A DNA stretch of 52,831 nucleotides from Planctomycetota bacterium. Lineage in GTDB: Bacteria; Planctomycetota; UBA11346. How positions within the stretch are numbered: position 1 is the first letter of the stretch; every line of letters starts with the position of its first letter. The DNA lies in contig JBBQSO010000031.1 of NCBI GenBank assembly GCA_038213805.1, forward strand, positions 1-52,831, read 5' to 3'. Below are positions 1-8,217 of this stretch, in pieces. The position numbers and the translations under genes were made by a program. Below the pieces are notes generated by a model. That model worked only from the letters and a program-made list of their open reading frames with translations. It did no database searches and was not told where the DNA came from.

Positions 1-98
1 GATGGCTGATGGCTGATGGCTGATGGCTGATGGCTGATGGCTGATGGCTGATGGCTGATGGCTGATGGCTGATGGCTGATGGCTGATGGCTGATGGCT
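1..98. repeat. Perfect heptamer tandem array (GATGGCT)x14, truncated by window start
   Basis: 14 exact copies read directly; the reverse complement (GCCATCA)x4 recurs at 26364-26391 and 30804-30831. Confidence 0.97.
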
Positions 99-129
99 TG
101 TCTCGCGCACGAAACGAGTCAAGGCCAGG

Positions 130-1671
130 CTACCATGCCAGCAGCAGCACCCCCGCCATGGCGACGCGCAGCGCCAAATCCCGGCCATCGCGCAGCGGCA
201 GGAAGAGCAGCGGCCAGAGCAGCAACGTGGTCAGCGACGGCGCGCCGGGATGGAGCGTGGCGCCGGGCAGGGCGGCGCCCCGGTCGACCACCGCGACCAA
301 CGCATCGAGGCACCATTCAAGCGCGCGGTACAGCCCTTCCCACGGCCCGCCGGGAAACCAGCCGCCGAGCACCAGGCAGGGCAGGCCCAGCCACAACGCG
401 AGCGTACTGGGCGGCCCGGCGAGCAGGGTGGTGAACGGCGACCACGGATTGGCGGTGCCGAAATGCCAGGCCAGCACCGGCGCGGTGGCCAGGGTCGCGG
501 CGATGCCGATGGCCAGCCCGTCGCACGCGCCGCGCGCGCTGAATAGTAATCCACGCCACGGCGCGCGGTCGAGCGGCCACGGGCGCAGCGGCAGCCAGCG
601 CTCGCGCAGCGCCACCACGTCAAGGCCCAGCGTGACGATGCCGAGCACCGCCACCAGGCTGAGCTGGAAGCCGATGTCGGCGGCATTGCCGGGATCCCAG
701 GCGATCAGCACCAGCGCCGCCAGACTGATCGCGGCGAGACGGTGGGGGGCGCGCGCGAGCAGCCCCATCAGCAGCACCGCCAAGCCCATGACCAAGGCAC
801 GCATGGTCGCGGGCGAGGCGTCGGTCAGCCACGTGTAGCCGCAGATCAGCGCCGCGAGCGCGAGCTGGCGCGGCCACCAGCCGACCCCGGCCAGGCGCAG
901 CAGCCACGCGGCGAAAGCAGCCGCGATGACCAGGTGCATGCCGCTGACCGCCAGCACGTGGAGCAGGCCGCTGCTGCGGAACTGAGCCTTCTCCGGCGGA
1001 TCGCCCTGACCGAGCAGGTAGGCCTCGGCGAGCTCGCGGTGGTCGGCGACGCGCGCCAGCGCGGCCCACGCCCAGCCGCGCGGCGAGGCCTCGCGCGGGC
1101 GCAGCATCTCCAGCTCCTGGGCCTGCAGCGCCGCGCCGCGCGCGTCGCGCATCCACACCCCGCGCACCGCCACCACATCGCCACAGCGCACCCCGGGTAG
1201 GGCCGGTGCGCGCACGTACAGCCGCTGCGGTGGCGTGAATCCGGCCGGCAGCATGACCCGGTCGGCGCTGAGGCTGAAGGCCTGACCTCGGCCCTGGCGA
1301 TGCACGTCGATGACCTCGCCGCGACAGGCAAGCAGGCGCGTGACCGCCACCGGCGCGGGCTGCGGCGTGCTCGCCCCGAGCGCCGCGCCGACCTGCCAGG
1401 CGGCGAGGAAGGCGACGACGCGCGCCAGCCACGCGAGGCGTTCCCGCCATCCCACCAGCGCGATCGCCAGCGCGGCCAAGGGCACGCCCACCGCCCAGCC
1501 GAGCGTCGCTGGCACGACCTGCCAGCCGAGCTGCGTCGCCGCCGCATCCGCCATCGCCTGCGGCAGCAACGCCCCGATCACCACCCCAGCCGCGAGCCAC
1601 GGCAGCCAGGGCTGGAACGCTGTCGGGGACGGCGGCACCGCGCCTGATGCAGGATCCTGCACGTGCTCCAT
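130..1671 (-). CDS. comEC: ComEC/Rec2 competence membrane protein, no C-terminal metallo-beta-lactamase domain
   Basis: GLLHVLAVSGMHL, GFQLS and ATAPVLAWHFG motifs, many TM segments; start (MEHVQD) uncertain. Confidence 0.88.
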   Translation of the reverse strand: MEHVQDPASGAVPPSPTAFQPWLPWLAAGVVIGALLPQAMADAAATQLGWQVVPATLGWAVGVPLAALAIALVGWRERLAWLARVVAFLAAWQVGAALGASTPQPAPVAVTRLLACRGEVIDVHRQGRGQAFSLSADRVMLPAGFTPPQRLYVRAPALPGVRCGDVVAVRGVWMRDARGAALQAQELEMLRPREASPRGWAWAALARVADHRELAEAYLLGQGDPPEKAQFRSSGLLHVLAVSGMHLVIAAAFAAWLLRLAGVGWWPRQLALAALICGYTWLTDASPATMRALVMGLAVLLMGLLARAPHRLAAISLAALVLIAWDPGNAADIGFQLSLVAVLGIVTLGLDVVALRERWLPLRPWPLDRAPWRGLLFSARGACDGLAIGIAATLATAPVLAWHFGTANPWSPFTTLLAGPPSTLALWLGLPCLVLGGWFPGGPWEGLYRALEWCLDALVAVVDRGAALPGATLHPGAPSLTTLLLWPLLFLPLRDGRDLALRVAMAGVLLLAW

Positions 1672-1896
1672 CGCGCCATCGTCACAGCGCGCCATGAGGA
1701 CGGAAGGTTGGTCCCGATCACCGCCCGGGCGCAGCGTCGGCACCCGGATTACGGCACGCAGCCGGATGTGGGGTCGCTGCGGATGCTCGCGTGGGTGTCG
1801 CACGATGGGCATGCGCAGCGGTCGGGCGGGGTTTCCGAACCGCGCCGGTGACGGTGGAAATCCGGTCCCGCCAATGGCCTGGGACAGCGCGCTCAC

Positions 1897-2063
1897 AAAT
1901 TGTCTATGGTGCTTATCTAAATTTTAGACACCGATTCCGCTCTGCTGACAAGCACCATAGTCAGCAATTGTGCGTGCAGACGCCCATGATCCCCGCACAA
2001 CGGCGGCGACTTACTGCGGTAATACCCCCAGATGCAACCTACAAACACCATAGACATTTAGAT
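1897..2063. promoter_or_regulatory. Candidate operator repeats in the divergent AT-rich intergenic region
   Basis: TGTCTATGGTG at 1901-1911; reverse-complement copies CACCATAGTCA 1953-1963 and CACCATAGACA 2046-2056. Confidence 0.55.
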
Positions 2064-2070
2064 CATTCCC

Positions 2071-3177
2071 ATGCTCACCCCACGCGCTTCCACCAAGCAC
2101 GCCCGCATCTTCGCGCAGCTCCACGCGGCGATCACCGACGGCACCTACGCGTTCGGCGCGCGCATCCCCAGCGAAGAGCAGCTCGCCCAACAATTCAAGG
2201 TCACCCGCGTGACCGTCGCCAAGGCCCTGCTTGAACTGGTGCGCCTCGGGTTGCTTGAGCGGCGGCCCGGATCGGGGTCGTATGTGCGCCAGCCGCAGCG
2301 CGCCAGCGGCCCGACCTTCGCCCTGCTGGTGCCGAACCTCGGCCAGGGCGAAATCTTCGAACCCATCTGCGGCGCCATCGCTGCCGCCACCAGCGCCGGC
2401 CAGGGCGCCGTGCTGTGGGGTCAGTTCCCCGCCGTGGGTGACAACGACCGCAGCGCGCAGGCGGAGCGGCTGTGCGAGTCCTTCGTCGAACGCCGCGTCG
2501 ACGGGGTGTTCTTCGCGCCCATCGAGATGGCGGCGGGCATGGAGCGTACCAACCGCCGCATCGCCGCGCGCCTGCAGCAGGCGGGCATCCCGGTGGTGCT
2601 GCTCGACCGGGACATTGAGCCCTACCCGCGGCGCAGCGCCCACGACCTGGTCGGGGTCGACAACCGCCGCATCGGCCACGTCCTGGCCGAACACCTGCTC
2701 GAGCAGGGCTGCAAGCGCATCCACGTGGTGCTGCAGAGCGGCTCGGCGCCGACCGTCGCGGCGCGCATCGCGGGCGTGCGCGACGCGCTGGCGCTGCGCG
2801 GCCTGGCGCTCGCCCCGACCGCGGTCCACGCCGGCGACGACGCCGACCCGGGACTGGTCCGGCCGCTGGTCGCGCGCGGCGGGGCGGACGGTGTGATCTG
2901 CGGCAACGACGCCACCGCCGCGCAGGTGATGCGCCACCTTGCCGCGCTCGGCCGGCGCGTGCCCGAAGACATCCGCGTGGTCGGCGTCGACGACCTCACC
3001 TACGCGCGCATGCTCGCCGTGCCGTTGACCACGGTGCGCCAGCCGTGCACCGCCATCGGCGTGGCGGCGCACGCGACCATGCTCAGCCGCATCGCCCACC
3101 CGGAACTGCCGGCCCGCGACGTCGCCGTCGATTTCACCCTCGTCATCCGCCAGTCCTCCACGTCGCCGGGCGCCTGA
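2071..3177 (+). CDS. AraR-type regulator: GntR wHTH + LacI-type sugar-binding domain
   Basis: IPSEEQLAQQFKVTRVTVAKAL...RRPGSGSYV N-terminus; VPEDIRVVGVDD and PLTTVRQP C-terminus. Confidence 0.92.
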   Translation: MLTPRASTKHARIFAQLHAAITDGTYAFGARIPSEEQLAQQFKVTRVTVAKALLELVRLGLLERRPGSGSYVRQPQRASGPTFALLVPNLGQGEIFEPICGAIAAATSAGQGAVLWGQFPAVGDNDRSAQAERLCESFVERRVDGVFFAPIEMAAGMERTNRRIAARLQQAGIPVVLLDRDIEPYPRRSAHDLVGVDNRRIGHVLAEHLLEQGCKRIHVVLQSGSAPTVAARIAGVRDALALRGLALAPTAVHAGDDADPGLVRPLVARGGADGVICGNDATAAQVMRHLAALGRRVPEDIRVVGVDDLTYARMLAVPLTTVRQPCTAIGVAAHATMLSRIAHPELPARDVAVDFTLVIRQSSTSPGA

Positions 3178-3211
3178 TGCCTACTCGAACCACGTCTTCC
3201 AGAGGTTCCCC

Positions 3212-5362
3212 ATGATCCACGCTGCACGTCCCCTCCTCATCGCGCTGCTCGCCATCCCCATGGGTGGAGCGCTGCACGCCGCGGCCGCCAAGCCCGACCC
3301 GGTCTTCGCCGACGCCATCGCCGCGTGGCACCTGGCGGACCTCGGCGACAGCGCGGGCGGCAGCGGCCTGACCGCGGTCGGCGCCGTCACCGTCGGGCAT
3401 CTGCTGGAGGGCGCAGAACTCGCGCAGTCGCTGGCCTGCGGCGATGACGGCCGCGTGGCGCGCATCGACGGCGGCTATCTCGACGCCGGGCAGGGCGCGG
3501 GCGGGGTGCTCAATCCGACCGGTACGGCCCTGACCGTCAGCGTGCGCCTGCGCTGCACCGACGGCACCTGGGGCAAGCCGCTGTTCAGCAAGCACGGCGG
3601 GCATGACCACCTGGTCTACAACCTCTACTCGTCGCCCACCGAGATCGGCTTCGAGCTGGGCACCAGCGCGGGGCTGAAGCGCACCGTCATTCCCATCGCG
3701 CGCATCGGCGCAGCCGACTGGCACACCATCACCTGCCGCTACGACGGCACGCGCCTGCAAATGTTTGCCGATGGCGTGGCGATGGACGAGAACGACGCCC
3801 ACGGGCCGCTGCGCACCGGCAATACCATGCCCTGCCAGATCGGCGCCGAGCAGATCACCGGCATCGCCAGCGGCTGGAAGGGCGAGATCGACCACGTCGC
3901 GATCTGGAAGCGCGCGCTGGACGATGCGGAGATCGTGCGCCTGGGCGGTGGCGCCGCGCGCGTTGCGGAGCTCACCAAGCGCTACGCACAGGCGCCCCTG
4001 CTACCGCCCGCCGCCGATCTCTACGAAGAGAAGTACCGCCCACGCTTCCACTTCACCGCGCGCCAGTGGTCGGTGCGCCAGGCCGAACCGGGCATGCGCG
4101 AAGAAGGCTGGCTCAACGACCTCAACGGTCTGCTGTACGACGCGGGCGAGTACCACCTGTTCGCGCAGCGCTGGAACAAGTGCTGGATCCACGCGGTAAG
4201 CACCGACCTGGTGCATTGGACCGAGATGCAGCCGGCCTTCTGGGACGACAGCCGCTACGGCACCGGCGTACAGTCGGGCGGTGGCGTGGTTGATGCGCGC
4301 AACAGTTCGGGCCTGGCGACCGACCCCGCGCATCCGCCGCTGGTCGTGTTCTGGGCGGGCAACGACAACCTCAGCATCTGCATCTCGTACAGCCTTGACC
4401 ACGGCCGCACGTGGACGAAGTACGCGAAGAACCCGATACTGCTCCATGGCGAGCGCGATCCCAAGGTGTTCTGGCACGAGCCCAGCAAGCGCTGGGTCAT
4501 GGTCCTGTACGGCAACGCCGCTTACCACCTGCTGACCTCGACGAACCTGCTCGACTGGACCGATCTGCACCAGCAGGTCGGCAACAGCTACGAGTGTCCG
4601 GACATGTTCGAGCTGCCGCTGGACGGTGGCGCGGGTGGGCGGAAGTGGGTGCTGGTGCGCGGCAACGGCAAGTACTCCGTGGGCGCCTTCGACGGCACGC
4701 GCTTCGTGGAGGAGACCCCGCTGCTGACCTGCGACTACGGCCCGAGCTTCTACGCCACCATGAGCTGGGGCGACATCACCGGACAGCCCGACCGCCGCAT
4801 CAAGGTGGCGTGGATGCGCAGCGAGCACATGTACCCCGGCATGCCCTTCAATCAGCAGGTGTCGTTCCCCTGCGACCTGACGCTGCATACCCTGCACGGC
4901 GCGCCACGCCTGTTCAGCGCACCCATCGCGGAGATCGCGTTGCTGCACGGCGCCAAGCAGGCCTGGCACGACCAGGCGCTGGCGGACGGCGCATCGCTGT
5001 CGCTCGCCGCGTCCGGCGACGCCTTCCATCTGATCGCCGACGTCGAGGTCGCGCCAGGCGCGACCCTGGCCTTCCGCATCCGCGGCACCCAGGTCGCCAT
5101 CGGCGAGCGCAGCCTCGCCTGCGGCGGCGCCAGCGCCGCCACCGCCGATCCCATCCGCCACGTGGAGGTCCTCATCGACCGCACCTCCATCGAGGTCTTC
5201 GCCAACCACGGCGAGCTCTCGCTGTCGGCCTGCTACCTGGCCACGGACGGTGGCCTTGAGGCGGTGAGCAGCGGCGGCTCGGCGATGATCCGCAATCTCG
5301 AAGTGTTCGGGATGCAGTCGATGTGGCTGGGGCAGGGCGCGGCGGCGGGGAAGGCGCCATGA
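3212..5362 (+). CDS. Secreted GH32 beta-fructosidase/levanase with N-terminal LamG/ConA-like domain
   Basis: Signal peptide; WKGEIDHVAIWKRAL (LamG); catalytic motifs WLNDLNG, RDPKV, YECPD; C-terminal DRTSIEVF. Confidence 0.9.
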   Translation: MIHAARPLLIALLAIPMGGALHAAAAKPDPVFADAIAAWHLADLGDSAGGSGLTAVGAVTVGHLLEGAELAQSLACGDDGRVARIDGGYLDAGQGAGGVLNPTGTALTVSVRLRCTDGTWGKPLFSKHGGHDHLVYNLYSSPTEIGFELGTSAGLKRTVIPIARIGAADWHTITCRYDGTRLQMFADGVAMDENDAHGPLRTGNTMPCQIGAEQITGIASGWKGEIDHVAIWKRALDDAEIVRLGGGAARVAELTKRYAQAPLLPPAADLYEEKYRPRFHFTARQWSVRQAEPGMREEGWLNDLNGLLYDAGEYHLFAQRWNKCWIHAVSTDLVHWTEMQPAFWDDSRYGTGVQSGGGVVDARNSSGLATDPAHPPLVVFWAGNDNLSICISYSLDHGRTWTKYAKNPILLHGERDPKVFWHEPSKRWVMVLYGNAAYHLLTSTNLLDWTDLHQQVGNSYECPDMFELPLDGGAGGRKWVLVRGNGKYSVGAFDGTRFVEETPLLTCDYGPSFYATMSWGDITGQPDRRIKVAWMRSEHMYPGMPFNQQVSFPCDLTLHTLHGAPRLFSAPIAEIALLHGAKQAWHDQALADGASLSLAASGDAFHLIADVEVAPGATLAFRIRGTQVAIGERSLACGGASAATADPIRHVEVLIDRTSIEVFANHGELSLSACYLATDGGLEAVSSGGSAMIRNLEVFGMQSMWLGQGAAAGKAP

Positions 5363-6741
5363 CCACCTTCGCCAACGCCAACGCCGCACCGCTTTCCGGT
5401 CCATCCCGCTTCCGCGTCCTCGGCGCCGCTGGGGTCGCTGCGCTCGGCGGCTTCCTGTTCGGCTTCGACACCGCGGTCATCTCCGGCACCACCGGCGCGC
5501 TGAAAGCACTCTATGGCTTGACCGGCAACGAACTCGGCTTCACCGTCGCCAGCGGACTCATCGGCACCATTCTCGGCTCGCTGCTGGCCAGCGCGCCCAG
5601 CGAACGCTTTGGCCGACGGCCGGTGCTGCGCGCCGTCGCCCTGCTCTTCCTGGTGGCCTCGCTGGGATGCGGACTGGCGCTCGGCTGGCCGATGCTGGTC
5701 GCCGCGCGCTTCCTGGGCGGCATCGCGGTCGGCGCCGCCTCGGTGGTGTCGCCCATGTACATCGCCGAGATCTCTCCGGCACCCTGGCGCGGCCGGCTGG
5801 TGGCGGTGGCGCAGCTCAATGTCGTGCTCGGCATCCTGGTCGCCTACCTGTCGAACTGGGGCATCGCCCAGCTGGCGCTGCCCGGCGAGCTGTCCTGGCG
5901 CTGGATGCTCGGCATCCAAGCGCTGCCCTCGGCGCTGTTCTTCGCCTTGCTGTTCACCATCCCGGAAAGCCCGCGCTGGTTGGCGAAGCAGGGCCTGATC
6001 GACGCGGCCGGTCGCGTGTTGGCGCGCCTTGGCCACGCCGACCCCACCGCCGAGCTGGCGGAGATCCGCGCGTCGCTGGCCGGCGAGACCGCTGCGCACC
6101 GCGCGCCGCTCTTCCGCCGCGCCCTCGCCCTGCCGGTGACCGCCACCATCCTGGTCGCGACCTTCAACCAGATCTCGGGCATCAATGCGCTCATCTACTA
6201 CGCGGCGGACATCTTCGCCATGGCGGGCAGCAGCCGTGACGGCGCGCTGCTGCAATCGGTGGCGATCGGTGGCGCGAACCTGCTCGGCTGCCTGCTGGCC
6301 ATGACCATCATCGACCGCGTCGGCCGCCGCCCGCTGCTGATCGTCGGTGGGATCGCCTGCGCGCTGTGCCTGGGCGGCACGGCCTGGGCTTTCCATCAGC
6401 CGGTGGCGGACGGACGGCTCCTGCTCACCTGCCTGATCGGTTTCATCTTCTTCTTCTCGTTCTCGCAAGGCGCGGTGATCTGGGTGTTCATCAGCGAGAT
6501 CTTCCCGAACACGGTGCGCGCCAAGGGCCAGGCCCTGGGCAGCTTCACCCACTGGTTCTGGGCCGCGGTGGTGAGCTGGAGCTTCCCGGTCATCGCCGAG
6601 CACGCGCGCGTCGAGGTCTTCGTCTTCTCCGCCGTGATGATGGCGTTGCAGGCGGTGCTCGCATGGCGGCTGATGCCGGAGACCAAGGGCATCTCGCTGG
6701 AGCAGCTCGGGAAGCGCATCGCCGGGCATCAGGGTGGCTGA
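5359..6741 (+). CDS. MFS sugar porter family transporter
   Basis: GGFLFGFDTAVISG, PMYIAEISP, PESPRWL, PETKG motifs; ATGA overlap with GH32 stop. Confidence 0.95.
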   Translation: MTTFANANAAPLSGPSRFRVLGAAGVAALGGFLFGFDTAVISGTTGALKALYGLTGNELGFTVASGLIGTILGSLLASAPSERFGRRPVLRAVALLFLVASLGCGLALGWPMLVAARFLGGIAVGAASVVSPMYIAEISPAPWRGRLVAVAQLNVVLGILVAYLSNWGIAQLALPGELSWRWMLGIQALPSALFFALLFTIPESPRWLAKQGLIDAAGRVLARLGHADPTAELAEIRASLAGETAAHRAPLFRRALALPVTATILVATFNQISGINALIYYAADIFAMAGSSRDGALLQSVAIGGANLLGCLLAMTIIDRVGRRPLLIVGGIACALCLGGTAWAFHQPVADGRLLLTCLIGFIFFFSFSQGAVIWVFISEIFPNTVRAKGQALGSFTHWFWAAVVSWSFPVIAEHARVEVFVFSAVMMALQAVLAWRLMPETKGISLEQLGKRIAGHQGG

Positions 6742-6913
6742 CGGATCTTTCCGCCAAGACGCCACAGGACGACAACCACGTCGGGAAGCCGCGCCCGCGG
6801 ATGGCGGCCTGACCTGAGCACCGTGCGGGTCGGTGCACGTCCCGCCGCACCGGCTGTCCCTTCGCGCCTTGGCGGTGAAAACCCCGTGAACTACGGGTTG
6901 AACCAGCTCATGC

Positions 6914-8059
6914 TCACTTCTTCTTCAGACCCGCCAGATACTCGATCAGGTCGACCAGGCTCTGCTGCGTCATGCCCGCCTGCAGCCCGGTCGGCATCGA
7001 CGAGGTCTTCTGTTTCGTGCGTTTGGCGATGGTGGCCGTCTGGTACTTGGTGACGATGCCGCCGATCGCCTTGAGCGCGACCTCCTGGTCGGTGTCGCTG
7101 ACCACGATGCCGATGGCGGTGTTGCCGTCCTTGAGGGTCAGCACGGTGGTCTCGAAGTTGAACTCGATGCCGGCGTCGGGATAGATGACCGCCTCGAACA
7201 GCGCGTCCTTGCCGAGCTTGCTGCCGATCTCAGTGAGCTTCGGCCCGTAGTCGACGCCCTTGCCGTCAACCTGGTGGCAGGCCACGCAGATGCCGGCGAA
7301 GACTTGCGCGCCACGCGTCGCGTCGCCCGGCTTCTTCGCCAGCTCGGCGATGGGCGGCAGCGGCCCGTCGCTGGTCGCCGGCGCCGGTTGCGAAGCGGCG
7401 ACCTCGGCGCGCACCGAGTCCCACGGCGCGTTGGCCAGCACGCTCGCCGACAGCGCGCGCAGTTCGACCGGCAGCTTCTTCGCCTTGCGCAGATCGAGCA
7501 GGACGTGCGCGCCGCCTTCGTACTTGCCGAGCGCGCGCACCGCCTCCTGGCGCAGCGCAAGGTCGCGCGTGCCGTCAGCCAGCAACGGTTCGAGCAGCGC
7601 GATCGCGCGCTGGTCGTTGGCGTTGCCCAGCGCGGTGGCGATGGCCAGCGAGTCCTGACCGGGCGCGGCCAGCACCTTCGCAACCGGGTCGAGGCCGCTG
7701 CCCGTCAGCACTAGGCGCAGCGCCTGCGCTCCGGTGGCATCGGCGGCGTGCGCGACGGCCAGCTTCAGCAGCTCGGCGTCCTGATCCTTGATGGCGAAGG
7801 CCTCGACGATCTCGACGAAGGCCGGCTGGCCGCGGTTCGCGACCAGCGCCTTGTCGACCAGCGCCCGGGTCTCGGCGTCGGTGGCCAGGTCGGCGCCCTT
7901 CAGGCGCATCACCACCTCGGCGTAGCGCTTGGCCTTGCGCGCCTTGGCGACGTCCTCGTCCGAGGGCGCGGCGTCCTCGGCGTGGGCGACCGCCCCAAGG
8001 CAAAGCAGGAACAGGGCCACGACCCACGAACGGGGACGGGTGATCACGGTGCTGGACAT
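6914..8059 (-). CDS. Secreted HEAT-repeat c-type cytochrome (PVC-type heme-binding domain)
   Basis: Signal peptide ending AHA; GDATRGAQVF...CVACH...GPKLTEIG...SMPTGL. Confidence 0.85.
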   Translation of the reverse strand: MSSTVITRPRSWVVALFLLCLGAVAHAEDAAPSDEDVAKARKAKRYAEVVMRLKGADLATDAETRALVDKALVANRGQPAFVEIVEAFAIKDQDAELLKLAVAHAADATGAQALRLVLTGSGLDPVAKVLAAPGQDSLAIATALGNANDQRAIALLEPLLADGTRDLALRQEAVRALGKYEGGAHVLLDLRKAKKLPVELRALSASVLANAPWDSVRAEVAASQPAPATSDGPLPPIAELAKKPGDATRGAQVFAGICVACHQVDGKGVDYGPKLTEIGSKLGKDALFEAVIYPDAGIEFNFETTVLTLKDGNTAIGIVVSDTDQEVALKAIGGIVTKYQTATIAKRTKQKTSSMPTGLQAGMTQQSLVDLIEYLAGLKKK

Positions 8060-8177
8060 GGACGACAGGTTCCGCGGGATTCGGTGATTGGAAATGGTTC
8101 TGCGCCAGCGCCCCCGGCGCAAACGCCGGTGGGACGGGCAATCACGCCCGTCCCACCCGCTCGCTCGCCTCGAATCA

Positions 8178-8217
8178 GGACTTCCGGACTCCCGGAGCTC
8201 CGGACTTCCGGACCCTC
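8178..8217. repeat. Degenerate octamer array (GGACTTCC)x5
   Basis: ggacttcc ggactccc ggagctcc ggacttcc ggaccctc; last unit overlaps the stop codon at 8216-8218. Confidence 0.75.
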
